Source: Candidatus Hadarchaeota archaeon | GTDB taxonomy: Archaea; Hadarchaeota; Hadarchaeia; Hadarchaeales; Hadarchaeaceae | Assembly: GCA_964514965.1 (NCBI GenBank) | Contig: CAZETV010000001.1 | Location: forward strand, 753,063 to 785,062 | Direction: 5' to 3' | DNA length: 32,000 bases | Notes under the pieces: generated by a model | Seen by the model: the letters and a program-made list of their open reading frames with translations, nothing else | Told to the model about the DNA's origin: nothing | The model's database searches: none | In this document: positions 18,884 through 28,770 of the stretch, in pieces | How the letters are laid out: every line of letters starts with the position of its first letter | How positions within the stretch are numbered: the first letter of the stretch is position 1 | Translations under genes and position numbers: made by a program

Positions 18884-20281
18884 CTATGTTTTCAGGAGTT
18901 CTTCCACATGCTTTTTGCTTCTGTTTATGTATTCTGGGAGAGCTATGTCTTCTCTGTGTCTCAAAGGACCATCTATTTTTCTAATTCCTTCCATGGAGAT
19001 TTCTCTAGCTTCATCCAATGTGTTTGATATCCCCACCACCGCAACAGCTCTGGAACTTAAAGCATGAAAACCTCCATTTCTCAGTTCCATCGCCCCTGGA
19101 TAAATTCTCAAATTATCTCCGTACTTTTCCTTTAATTTTTCAGCTTTGTTTAGATCTAGTTTTTTAGGACCCGAGTAACTTACGTATCCCCCATATTCCA
19201 GAGGAACTGCGTAAGTCACAACTGTTGCTTTATCTTCAAAATCGAGTTTTATTAAATTACCATCTAAAATTTTGAAGCAAACGTCAACAAAATCATCTTT
19301 CAAAATTGGCAGGATATTCATTACTTCCGGGTCGCCCCATCTGCTGTTTATCTCAAGGATTTTTACACCACTTTTTGTGGTTATGTAAGCCATGTATAGA
19401 TTTCCTCTAACTCCCAGGTTTTTTTTGGCCTTCTTTAACCCATCATGAATCTTCTCTCCTATCTTCAGCGATTCTCTCCAATCGCTTTCATTCATGAACG
19501 GGAGCAAATTTTCTCTATCCTTGTAAGAACCCATCCCCCCAGTGTTTGGTCCTAGATCCCAGTCAAAGGCCCTCTTGTAATCTCTGACAGCGGGAGTGGA
19601 AACCAAATGCTCTCCATCGGAAACAAACTGTAAAGAAAACTCTTCTCCCTCTAACTTTTCCTCGACTATTACTGCTCCCTTTTCAAAACTCGGCAAAAAA
19701 TAATCCTCAAACAAACTTTCTCTAGATGCGAAATGGTCTCCCCAGACGCCAACCCCTTTTCCTGTTGCTGGTGCATCGGGCTTTACAGCTACTTCGTTTC
19801 CAATTTCATTCAACCACTTGTATACCTCTTTTTTAACTTCAGTCTTTGTACCATAATCGCTGGGATCGAAGACCTTGAATCTCGGATTGGCAGAAGGAAC
19901 TATTTCCTCTATTAATCTTCTCTGTTCGACTTTGCTTCTCTCGATAAAATATTCGGCTGTTGGACATATCATTTTTATCTTTGTTTCTTTTTCGATTCTA
20001 TCTCTAATCCCGTTCATGCCCGGGGCTTCAGGACCGAACACACCGAAGTCGATTTCATTTTCATGTTTCTTAGCAAATTTGGTGATATCATCTACATTTA
20101 AATTTGGAATTACGAAATGTTCCCCTCCAGTTTCTTCCGCCTTTTTTATATTGTAAGGATTTCCCTGCTTGTCTGCTATGAAGAGTTTTACCTCATGATT
20201 ACTTCTGGAAAGGGAATCCGCCATGCAAGCGAACCTACTCCCATAACTTATACCTAAAACTCCCACCGCCAACTTTGACAC
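18884..20281 (-). CDS. purD: Phosphoribosylamine-glycine ligase
   Basis: ATP-grasp protein with VKPDAPATGKGVGV and RDYKRAFDWDLGPNTGGMGSY (canonical form DHKR..GPNTGGMG). GTG start. Confidence 0.9.
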   Translation of the reverse strand: MSKLAVGVLGISYGSRFACMADSLSRSNHEVKLFIADKQGNPYNIKKAEETGGEHFVIPNLNVDDITKFAKKHENEIDFGVFGPEAPGMNGIRDRIEKETKIKMICPTAEYFIERSKVEQRRLIEEIVPSANPRFKVFDPSDYGTKTEVKKEVYKWLNEIGNEVAVKPDAPATGKGVGVWGDHFASRESLFEDYFLPSFEKGAVIVEEKLEGEEFSLQFVSDGEHLVSTPAVRDYKRAFDWDLGPNTGGMGSYKDRENLLPFMNESDWRESLKIGEKIHDGLKKAKKNLGVRGNLYMAYITTKSGVKILEINSRWGDPEVMNILPILKDDFVDVCFKILDGNLIKLDFEDKATVVTYAVPLEYGGYVSYSGPKKLDLNKAEKLKEKYGDNLRIYPGAMELRNGGFHALSSRAVAVVGISNTLDEAREISMEGIRKIDGPLRHREDIALPEYINRSKKHVEELLKT

Positions 20282-20283
20282 CT

Positions 20284-21003
20284 CTAAACCGTTTTAATCC
20301 ACTTTTTCCCATTCTTGACATAAACATTTTTGTCAAAGTCGATGGCGAACATTCCCTTTGATAACATTTCAAGAGTTTTCCTGTAAGCAGGGCCGTCACA
20401 TTTTTCTTTCATAAGCTTTTGCTGTTCCTCTGGACTTCTATTTTCTACCGGTAATCCCTCGGATACGAAGAGGATGGGCCCGTGGTCTGGTTTTTCGTCC
20501 ATTATATGGATGGTGGACCTCGTGATTTTATCACCGGATTTTATTTGCTCTTCGACCGCGTTACTTCCGGTATATTTTCTCTTCCCCCCTTCTTTTATCC
20601 TTAAATCTGCAGGATGTACGTTTAGAACCTTAGCTGGAAATCCGTTCAACAACTTTGTCAAAATATACATGTAACCAGAGCATGCGATTATATCTGGCTC
20701 CCACTTTTTTATAATTGACAAAAGTTTTTCATCGTAGGCCTCCCTAATCTTCATGTCCTTAATTGGTTTGCCCCCATAGAAATCGTAGATATCCACCACT
20801 TCTACAGGTATACCTAACTCCTCAACCATTTTTATTCCAGAAGCATTTTTATTTGAAGAAATAGCTCCGACGACTTCGTATCCTTCGCCCCCGACCATGA
20901 AAGGAACAGCACTGGCACCTCCAGAAAAAAGCACGACAATCCGCATTTTTCTATCTTTTTTTGGTTCGTATATCAGCTTCAACTTTTGATTCATATCTAC
21001 CAA
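20284..21003 (-). CDS. purN: Phosphoribosylglycinamide formyltransferase-like (formyltransferase fold)
   Basis: IVVLFSGG, LNVHPADL and MDEKPDHGPIL correspond to the PurN Asn/His/Asp catalytic positions. There is an insertion (RIKEGGKRKYTG). The start is uncertain: TTG 21003, ATG 20994 or ATG 20946. Confidence 0.75.
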   Translation of the reverse strand: MVDMNQKLKLIYEPKKDRKMRIVVLFSGGASAVPFMVGGEGYEVVGAISSNKNASGIKMVEELGIPVEVVDIYDFYGGKPIKDMKIREAYDEKLLSIIKKWEPDIIACSGYMYILTKLLNGFPAKVLNVHPADLRIKEGGKRKYTGSNAVEEQIKSGDKITRSTIHIMDEKPDHGPILFVSEGLPVENRSPEEQQKLMKEKCDGPAYRKTLEMLSKGMFAIDFDKNVYVKNGKKWIKTV

Positions 21004-21193
21004 TGAAATTTTTTACTGTTCTTTTTAATCTATCTATACTCCCCCCCGCAAGTAGCTTTTTCTCTCGTTACCTAATCCTTGTTGAAAGCGATTAGAAGGA
21101 GTGGAGCGAGTAGAACCCTGTTATTTTTACTAATCTGCTGGAGCACTGAATTAACAAATAACTTTATTAAGTATATCCCACTTAAGGCTGAAG

Positions 21194-22810
21194 GTGGTTT
21201 GTTTGACGGAAAGAGTCTCTAAAGATTCTTCCTACCTGAATGCTTCTTCTTCAACTAATACGAGAACTCGCGTGAGAGATGTAAGCCCGACGAGCGGGAT
21301 GTGTCCAATCTGTATCAAGGAGTGCCCCTTTCTCTGTGAAATTAGCCTTTCCGCTTTTCGCGGACGTGAAGTTCTTTATCCAGTACCCAAGCAATTTGGG
21401 CTCAGCACTGCGGCATCTTTAAAGAACTACGGCCTAGATTGGTCCCATATAAACATTCTTTCGGGGCTTAGGGGAGCCAGCGGTATTGAAGAAGATTCTG
21501 ATATGGCAACTTTTCCCAACGTGAATATCAAGTCCGACCTAGGTGGGATTCCTCTCAAACTTCCACTTGTAAACGGCGCATTTGGCTCCACAAATGTCGC
21601 GGGTGAAAATTGGGATGGTCTCGCGATTGGGGCAGCTCTAGCTGGTGTAATCCTGGTTGTTGGAGAGAATGTCTGTGGAATGGATCCAAACGCTAAGTTC
21701 GCCAATGAAAAATTAACTCATTCAAAAGATATGGAGTATAGGGTTAAGAAGTTTAGAGAGTTTTGGGATGGGAAACATGGTGATATTGCCGTCCAAACCA
21801 ACGTGGAAGACCAAAGGCTTGGCGTAGACGTTTATGCTATTTCCAAGCTTGGAGTCAATGTGATTGAGCGAAAGTGGGGCCAAGGAGCGAAAGTAATAGG
21901 TGGAGAGGTAAGGCTTCCTAATCTAGAACGGGCACTCACACTGAAAAAACGGGGCTACATAGTCCTCCCGAACCCGGATGACCCAACCGTTCAAGAGGCC
22001 TTTAAAGCAGGGGTATTCAAGAGCTTTGAACGACACAGCCGGGTGGGGATGCCGGCTGAAAGAGAATTTGTTGAAGATGTAGAATGGTTGAGGGAACAGG
22101 GCGCAAAAAAAGTAACTTTAAAAACGGGGGCTTACCGCCCCTCCGATGTGGCGTGGACAATGAAAGTAGCTTCCGAAGCCAAAGTTGATTATGTCACTTT
22201 CGACGGCGCTGGTGGTGGCACAGCTATGAGTCCAGTGCCAATGATGAACGAGATGAGTACTCCAACAGTTTATCTTGAAGCGCAGATACTCAAGTGTGTC
22301 CAAATTTTGAAGCAGAAGGGTCGATATGTTCCAGATATCAGCATGGCAGGTGGTTTCATCAACGAGACTCAGATTTTCAAGAGTATCGCGATGAGTAACT
22401 TTGGAGACGGGCCGATAATCAAGGCGATAACTATAGCTAGGGCACCTCTTACCGCAGTTATGAAGGCTACTTACTTCATGGAATTGGCTGAACAGAAAAA
22501 GTTGCCTCGCGATTTCGCTGAGCAATACGGTACAGATCCCGCGAAATTCTTCATCACAGCACCAGAGTTGAATAAGAAATATGGTAGTAAGTCCAAGAAT
22601 ATCCCGTTACCAGCTATAGGACTCTACACATATCTCATTGACCGAATTGGAGTTGGACTCCAACAGTTGATGGCGGGAGCACGAAAGTGGAAAATAGAGT
22701 TGTTAGACAGAAGCGACCTAATATCACTAACAGAAAGAGCATCAAAAGTTACTGGAATTCCGATGCCTGACGATTTCGAGGCCGATGTGATCGAACAAAT
22801 CTTGGAGTGA
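21194..22810 (+). CDS. Glutamate-synthase FMN-domain-like protein with an N-terminal Cys cluster (Fe-S?), function unknown
   Basis: KWGQGAKVIGGEV and FDGAGGGTAMSP resemble the GltS FMN-domain motifs QGAKPGxGG and DGxxGGTGAxP. The N-terminus has CPICIKECPFLCE (CX2CX3CX3C). The start is uncertain: GTG 21194, TTG 21203 or ATG 21299. Confidence 0.7.
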   Translation: MVCLTERVSKDSSYLNASSSTNTRTRVRDVSPTSGMCPICIKECPFLCEISLSAFRGREVLYPVPKQFGLSTAASLKNYGLDWSHINILSGLRGASGIEEDSDMATFPNVNIKSDLGGIPLKLPLVNGAFGSTNVAGENWDGLAIGAALAGVILVVGENVCGMDPNAKFANEKLTHSKDMEYRVKKFREFWDGKHGDIAVQTNVEDQRLGVDVYAISKLGVNVIERKWGQGAKVIGGEVRLPNLERALTLKKRGYIVLPNPDDPTVQEAFKAGVFKSFERHSRVGMPAEREFVEDVEWLREQGAKKVTLKTGAYRPSDVAWTMKVASEAKVDYVTFDGAGGGTAMSPVPMMNEMSTPTVYLEAQILKCVQILKQKGRYVPDISMAGGFINETQIFKSIAMSNFGDGPIIKAITIARAPLTAVMKATYFMELAEQKKLPRDFAEQYGTDPAKFFITAPELNKKYGSKSKNIPLPAIGLYTYLIDRIGVGLQQLMAGARKWKIELLDRSDLISLTERASKVTGIPMPDDFEADVIEQILE

Positions 22811-22836
22811 CTGCTAAAAAGAGTGAAGGTAACCGG

Positions 22837-23775
22837 ATGTTCGAACCTCAGAAATTTCTTGAGGAAAAAGTTGAGTGGCTTAAGATTAACATAGGGAATA
22901 AAAAGGCGGTTGTGGCAATTTCGGGCGGTGTGGATAGCTCCGTAACGACGATGCTGGGACACCACGCGGTCGGTGATAGGTTAACAGCTGTCTTCCTTGA
23001 CGATGGATTGATGAGGAAGGGAGAGCCAGAGCAAGTGGTTGATTGTTTCAAGCAATTGGGAGTAAATATCAAACTTTACGACGTGAGCGGCGAGTTCTTT
23101 AAAGCACTTAAAGGCCTAACGGACCCGGAAGAAAAAAGGAAGGCGTTTAGAGAAACGTTCTATAGAGTTTTCGGCGGAATTGCGCGTGAGTTGGGAGTAG
23201 AGTACTTACTACAGGGCACTATAGCTGCAGATGTAGCGGAAACCAAAGCTGGCATTAAGACCCAACACAATGTTTTAGAGCAGATCGGGATTCATCCGCT
23301 CGAAAAGTATGGTTTTAAAGTTTTGGAACCTCTGAAGGACATCTACAAGCCAGAGGTTCGCGAAGTTGCTAAAATGCTGGGGCTGCCAGCTGAAATCCAA
23401 GAACGAAGGCCTTTCCCAGGCCCTGGCCTCTCGATTAGGATCCTAGGTGAAGTAACTCCCGAAAAAGCAGATTTGGTGAGGAAAGCCACGGAGATTGTAG
23501 AAGAAGAGACCAAAGACACTCCGTGTTTCCAAGCATTTGCGATAGCAATGGGCGACAAAGCGACCGGAGTTACTACGGATAGAGAGAGAAAGTACGGAGA
23601 AATAATAGTGATTCGAGTAGTGCAATCAAAGGATGCCGTGACCGCAAAATCTGTTGAGCTACCATGGCAGGTGTTGAAGCGAATCGAGGGGAGAATAAGA
23701 GAAAAAATCCCGACAGTCACCCGCGTTCTTTACGATTTAACTGACAAGCCTCCGGCGACAATAGAGTACGAATAA
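22837..23775 (+). CDS. guaA: GMP synthase subunit B (ATP pyrophosphatase)
   Basis: MFEPQKFLEE..KAVVAISGGVDSSV P-loop, DPEEKRK, FPGPGL and C-terminal PPATIEYE. ATG at 22837 with GAAGGT 6 nt upstream. The track start GTG 22807 overlaps the upstream stop. Confidence 0.9.
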   Translation: MFEPQKFLEEKVEWLKINIGNKKAVVAISGGVDSSVTTMLGHHAVGDRLTAVFLDDGLMRKGEPEQVVDCFKQLGVNIKLYDVSGEFFKALKGLTDPEEKRKAFRETFYRVFGGIARELGVEYLLQGTIAADVAETKAGIKTQHNVLEQIGIHPLEKYGFKVLEPLKDIYKPEVREVAKMLGLPAEIQERRPFPGPGLSIRILGEVTPEKADLVRKATEIVEEETKDTPCFQAFAIAMGDKATGVTTDRERKYGEIIVIRVVQSKDAVTAKSVELPWQVLKRIEGRIREKIPTVTRVLYDLTDKPPATIEYE

Positions 23776-23938
23776 CGTGATTTATCCAATCCAAATTCTT
23801 GATATCAATCATTAGAATTCAGAAGAAGGGAGTAAAGGGTCTCATCGATGTAGGGGGCAAACCAAGTGGAGGAATACATCCCAGAATTACCGATAACGAA
23901 AACCTTTATTTCTCCTTGATTATCTGGACTTTGGGTAC

Positions 23939-25477
23939 ATGATGAAAATTGTAAGAGCACTGATTAGCGTCTCAGACAGAACCGGCATCGTAGAGTTTGC
24001 AAAAGGGCTTCAAGAACTTGGTATAGAAATCATCTCAACCGGTGGGACAGCAAAAGTTTTGAAAAAAAGCGGGGCAAAAGTAAAAGAAATTTCGGATTTT
24101 ACTGGCTTTCCGGAGATACTTGAGGGCAGGGTTAAGACTCTTCACCCAAAAGTTCATGGAGGAATCCTCGCAATCAGGGAGAAAGAAGAGCACATACGAG
24201 AATTGAGAAAGCATGACATCAAACCTATAGATCTAGTAATTGTAAATCTTTACCCATTTGAGAAAACGATTCTAAGCGGCGGCACAATTGAAGAGGCGAT
24301 TGAAAATATAGACATCGGCGGACCAACTATGCTTCGTTCCGCAGCGAAAAATTACAGAAATGTTGTGGTGATTGTTAATCCTAATGAATATGATGAGGTT
24401 TTAAAGGGGTTGAGAGAAAAAGGCGAAATAAGCGAAAAAACCAGAGAAAGGCTAGCTGTGGAAACATTTACTCACACCGCAAGATATGATACAATAATTT
24501 CAAATTACCTACGGAGAATGTTTCACGGAGAAGAGTTCCCGGAAACACTTTCTTTAACTTATAAGAAAATTCAAAATTTACGCTACGGTGCAAACCCGCA
24601 CCAAAAAGCCGCATTTTATAGAGAGGATATCAAAGAACCCAGCATCGTGAACGCAAGAAAGTTATGGGGAAAGGAACTGTCATATAACAATATCCTTGAC
24701 TTAGGAGCCTCTCTTGAACCCGTGAAGGAATTTGAAAATCCAACCTGTGTTATCATGAAGCACACCAGCCCAATTGGTGTGGCAACAACCGAGAAGATTT
24801 TCGACGCATACAAACTAGCATATCAAACGGACCCGATATCGGCGTACGGTGGGATAGTCGCCCTAAATAGAGAAGTTGATGCGGAAACGGCAAGGGAGAT
24901 ATCAAAAGTATTTTTAGAGGCCATCATCACCCCAAAATTTAGTCGAGAAGCTTTGGATATCCTGAAAAAGAAAAAGAATATACGTCTGCTAGAGATTGAA
25001 CTAAAACCAAGTAGTAGAGAGGGAAAAGAAATAAGATCTATTGTGGGCGGATTGCTCGTCCAAGATAGAGATGTAAAAAAGTTAGACGTGCACAATCTCA
25101 AAATCGTGACCAAGAGAGCTCCAACCAGTGAGGAGATGAAATCCCTGCTGTTTGCATTTAAAGTTGCCCGGTATTGCAAATCAAACGCACTAGTTTTTAC
25201 TAAGGAAGAAAGAACGGTCACAATTGGTTCTGGACAACCCAGTCGAGTAGATGCTGCGCGCATTGCATTGACCAAAGGCGGTGCAAATTTGAAAGGCGCT
25301 GCTATGGCAAGTGATGGATTTTTGCCATTTAGGGATGTTGTCGATGTCGTTGCAGGTGCTGGCGTAACCGCTATCATCCAGCCGGGAGGGTCGATTAGAG
25401 ACCAAGAAGTTATCGATGCTGCGAACGAATATGGTATGTCGATGGTATTCAGCAACATAAGAGTATTCAAACACTGA
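23939..25477 (+). CDS. purH: Bifunctional AICAR transformylase / IMP cyclohydrolase
   Basis: 512 aa with RALISVSDRTGIVEFA..STGGTAK (MGS-like domain) and the C-terminal AICARFT domain. Confidence 0.95.
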   Translation: MMKIVRALISVSDRTGIVEFAKGLQELGIEIISTGGTAKVLKKSGAKVKEISDFTGFPEILEGRVKTLHPKVHGGILAIREKEEHIRELRKHDIKPIDLVIVNLYPFEKTILSGGTIEEAIENIDIGGPTMLRSAAKNYRNVVVIVNPNEYDEVLKGLREKGEISEKTRERLAVETFTHTARYDTIISNYLRRMFHGEEFPETLSLTYKKIQNLRYGANPHQKAAFYREDIKEPSIVNARKLWGKELSYNNILDLGASLEPVKEFENPTCVIMKHTSPIGVATTEKIFDAYKLAYQTDPISAYGGIVALNREVDAETAREISKVFLEAIITPKFSREALDILKKKKNIRLLEIELKPSSREGKEIRSIVGGLLVQDRDVKKLDVHNLKIVTKRAPTSEEMKSLLFAFKVARYCKSNALVFTKEERTVTIGSGQPSRVDAARIALTKGGANLKGAAMASDGFLPFRDVVDVVAGAGVTAIIQPGGSIRDQEVIDAANEYGMSMVFSNIRVFKH

Positions 25478-25492
25478 AGCGCTAGATAAATC

Positions 25493-25510
25493 AAAAAATC
25501 TATGGTTTTT
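25493..25510. terminator. Back-to-back oligo-T tracts between the convergent purH and carB genes
   Basis: A6 (25493-25498), which is T6 on the - strand, lies after the carB stop. T5 (25506-25510) on the + strand lies after the purH stop. Confidence 0.35.
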
Positions 25511-25516
25511 GAGACA

Positions 25517-28500
25517 TCAAACCGTTTGAATCTTCTTTACCTCAGTATGATATTCATTGAGCGACCTAATCTCAATTTTTTCATTCAATATTTTCTCTAT
25601 TGCCTGAACAGCCACACTCGCGCTCGTTAGAGTTGTAATATACGGAATCCCGATATCTACCGCTGCCCGCCGAATCTGGTATCCATCGCGCACCGGATCT
25701 CGTCCGACGGTGGGAGTGTTGATAATTAAATCGACATCGCCAGCGCGGATGTAATCGATGATGTTTGGACGCCCCTGGGAAACTTTCAATACTAGTTTTG
25801 ACTCGACGCCAGCTTTCTGGAGCATATCACCCGTGCCATCAGTGGCCAAAATCTCGAATCCAATTTTCTTAAGCTTTCTCGCAATCGGGACGAACTCCTG
25901 TTGGTCCCCCTTTCGTACACTCATGAATATCCTCCCCGAAGTTGGGAGCTTGTTACCGGCCGCCAGCTGGGCTTTGAAAAATGCCCTGCCCGGGTCACGG
26001 TCTATGCCCATTACTTCACCGGTCGACTTCATCTCAGGACCCAGAACCGGATCGACTCCGGGAAGTTTAATGAAAGGAAAGACTGATTCCTTCACACAAA
26101 CATACGGTATTTCTACATCTTTCGGAATTCCAATCTCGTCGAGTGAATGTCCAAGCATAACCTTGGTGGCGACTTTAGCTAATGGAATTCCGATAGCCTT
26201 CGATATGAAAGGTACTGTACGACTCGCCCGCGGATTTACCTCAAGCACGTAAACTACATCATTCTTGACCGCATACTGGATGTTCATCAGGCCAATAACT
26301 TTTAATTCTCTTGCAAGCCTAATAGTGCACTCCCTGATTGTCTTGATGGCTTTCTCGCTCAGAATTTGAGAAGGCATAACCATGGCAGCATCTCCCGAAT
26401 GAACACCAGCTTCTTCGATGTGTTCTAAAATCCCCCCGATGAAAGTTCGTTTTCCATCCGAAACCGCATCGACATCGACTTCAATTGCCTGAGAGAGGAA
26501 CTTGTCGATGAGGATTGGGTGTTCCTCTGATACCTTCGCGGCTTCTTCCATGTAGCGTGCGAGTTCGATTTCATCATGCACCCGCACCATGGCACGTCCA
26601 CCAAGAACATAACTTGGCCTCACTAAGACGGGATATCCAATCTTTTTCGCTATCTTTTTTGCCTCCTCAGCCGAGAAAGCTGTACTTCCTTCGGGCTGAT
26701 GAATTTCCAATTTCCTAAGAAGTTTGTTAAAGCGCTTTCTATCTTCAGCAATATCAATACTTTCAGCTGAGGTTCCGAGAACATTAACGCCAGCCTTATC
26801 CAGTGAAACTGCAAGATTTATTGGAGTTTGACCACCAAACTGTAAAATCACTCCATATGGTTTTTCTTTCTCTATGACGTGCATTACATCTTCAAATGTA
26901 AGCGGCTCGAAGTAAAGCTTGTCAGATGTGTCTGAATCGGTGGAGACGGTTTCCGGGTTATTGTTAATGATTATAGCTTCGATTCCCTCCTCCCGCAAAG
27001 CCAGTACTGAGTGGACACAACAATAATCAAATTCTATCCCTTGGCCGATTCGGATAGGCCCTCCACCTATAATAATTATCTTCTTCCGCTTGCTAGTCGG
27101 AACCTCATCAACAGGTTCATAGCTCGAGTAATAATAGGGGGCCTTGGCGGCAAATTCAGCGGCACAAGTATCCACTGTCTTAAAAGTAGTTTTGACGCCC
27201 ATTTGCTTGCGAAGTTGCTTAATATTCCTCTCTTTGGTTTTGAACAAGTAGGCGAGTTGTCGGTCCGAAAAACCAAATCTCTTTGCTTCCCCCAAAGCTT
27301 TATTTTTTTCAGATTTTTTCAGAGATATGCGCTTGAGTTTTTCTTCCATGTCGATAATTCGCTTAAACTTCCAAATGAACCAAGGATCAATCTTCGTTAG
27401 TTGATAGATTTCATCTACACCGATCCCAATCTTGAGCGCATCTCTAACCAAGAAAACTCTTTGGTCATTTGGGTGGGTTAGCTGCCACTTTAGAGGCTCG
27501 ATATCAATGATAGGTTTGTCCTTTCCGTCACCACCGAGGCCAAACCTCCCGATTTCGAGTGAACGTATCGCCTTTTGGAACGCTTCTTCGAATGTCCGTC
27601 CGATCGCCATCACTTCTCCCGTGGACTTCATTTGTGTACCTATCGTTTGGTCAGCTTCTGGGAATTTATCAAACGGCCAACGCGGGACTTTGATTACCAC
27701 GTAGTCAAGAGTTGGCTCAAATGAAGCGGGGGTATCCTTAGTAACAGGGTTGGAAATTTCATCTAGAGTCATCCCAAGCGCTAGTTTCGTCGCTATCCTG
27801 GCAATCGGGTAACCCGTGGCTTTAGATGCAAGCGCGGAGGAACGGCTGACTCTTGGATTGACTTCGATTATATAGTACTCAAATTTGTCTGGATTAACAG
27901 CAAACTGAATATTGCAGCCACCGTTTAGTTTAAGAGCCCGGATTACTTTCAGGGAAACGGACCTTAGGGTTTGGTGCTCCCGGTCGGAAAGCGTTTGAGC
28001 CGGAGCGACGACCATACTCTCGCCAGTGTGAATTCCCATAGGGTCGATGTTTTCCATGTTACAGATGGTAATACAGTTGTCTACACTATCACGCATCACC
28101 TCGTACTCGATTTCCTTCCAACCGAGCACACATTTGTCGAGAGAAACGGTTCGATTTAAACTCACGTTTAGCCCAAATTTCACGATTCGTGTGAGTTCCT
28201 CTTCATCATGCGCAACGCCTGAACCCGTGCCACCCAGACAGTAGTTAGGTCTGCATAAGATTGGGTATCCATCAAGCTCTTTGACGGCCCCCAATGCCTC
28301 CTCAAGTGAGTGAACTTCAATGGATTTAGGCATTCGTTCGCCTATCTCGTGAATAAGTTCGAAAAAGAGCTTCCGATCCTCGGCAGCCTTAATGGAGTTT
28401 ACTGGTGTTCCTATCACCTCGACTCCCACCTCATCGAGCACCCCTAACTTTTGGAGTTCTACCGTGAGATTAAGGCCAGTTTGACCACCCATCGAAGGAA

Positions 28501-28759
28501 TCACAGCGTCTGGTTTCTCCTTGCGTATTATTTCAGCTACTATTTCAGGCACCAAAGGCTCGATGTATACGATGTCCGCGATATCCGTGTCTGTTTGGAA
28601 AGTGGCTGGATTAGAATTAACGAGGACAACTTCTATTCCTTCCTCGCGCAGTGCTTTACAGGCTTGCGAACCTGAATAGTCAAATTCGGCCGCTTGACCT
28701 ATCACTATGGGTCCACTGCCGATTACCATCACTTTCTTGATGTCCTTACGTTTGGGCAA
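25517..28759 (-). CDS. carB: Carbamoyl-phosphate synthase large subunit
   Basis: 1080 aa with duplicated ATP-grasp halves. The N-terminus is MPKRKDIKKVMVIGSGPIVIGQAAEFDYSG. TTG start preceded by TAGGAGG. Confidence 0.95.
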   Translation of the reverse strand: MPKRKDIKKVMVIGSGPIVIGQAAEFDYSGSQACKALREEGIEVVLVNSNPATFQTDTDIADIVYIEPLVPEIVAEIIRKEKPDAVIPSMGGQTGLNLTVELQKLGVLDEVGVEVIGTPVNSIKAAEDRKLFFELIHEIGERMPKSIEVHSLEEALGAVKELDGYPILCRPNYCLGGTGSGVAHDEEELTRIVKFGLNVSLNRTVSLDKCVLGWKEIEYEVMRDSVDNCITICNMENIDPMGIHTGESMVVAPAQTLSDREHQTLRSVSLKVIRALKLNGGCNIQFAVNPDKFEYYIIEVNPRVSRSSALASKATGYPIARIATKLALGMTLDEISNPVTKDTPASFEPTLDYVVIKVPRWPFDKFPEADQTIGTQMKSTGEVMAIGRTFEEAFQKAIRSLEIGRFGLGGDGKDKPIIDIEPLKWQLTHPNDQRVFLVRDALKIGIGVDEIYQLTKIDPWFIWKFKRIIDMEEKLKRISLKKSEKNKALGEAKRFGFSDRQLAYLFKTKERNIKQLRKQMGVKTTFKTVDTCAAEFAAKAPYYYSSYEPVDEVPTSKRKKIIIIGGGPIRIGQGIEFDYCCVHSVLALREEGIEAIIINNNPETVSTDSDTSDKLYFEPLTFEDVMHVIEKEKPYGVILQFGGQTPINLAVSLDKAGVNVLGTSAESIDIAEDRKRFNKLLRKLEIHQPEGSTAFSAEEAKKIAKKIGYPVLVRPSYVLGGRAMVRVHDEIELARYMEEAAKVSEEHPILIDKFLSQAIEVDVDAVSDGKRTFIGGILEHIEEAGVHSGDAAMVMPSQILSEKAIKTIRECTIRLARELKVIGLMNIQYAVKNDVVYVLEVNPRASRTVPFISKAIGIPLAKVATKVMLGHSLDEIGIPKDVEIPYVCVKESVFPFIKLPGVDPVLGPEMKSTGEVMGIDRDPGRAFFKAQLAAGNKLPTSGRIFMSVRKGDQQEFVPIARKLKKIGFEILATDGTGDMLQKAGVESKLVLKVSQGRPNIIDYIRAGDVDLIINTPTVGRDPVRDGYQIRRAAVDIGIPYITTLTSASVAVQAIEKILNEKIEIRSLNEYHTEVKKIQTV

Positions 28760-28770
28760 CTTGAAGCCTC

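Noticed and set aside
17430-21003. The purN-purD-purF-like block looks more AT-rich than purL or the left end, raising the possibility of horizontal acquisition
   Set aside because: This rests only on eyeballing a few 60-nt lines (about 35-45% GC against 40-62%). The variance within genes is as large as the variance between them. A sliding-window GC and codon-usage calculation would be needed before any claim.
23776-23938. The 163-nt guaA-purH spacer, and other purine-gene leaders, as possible purine riboswitches or small RNAs
   Set aside because: I could not recognise purine-riboswitch junction motifs or a convincing conserved hairpin set. Only a TATA-like CTTTATTT lies about 30 nt upstream of the purH ATG. 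I cannot run a covariance-model scan here.
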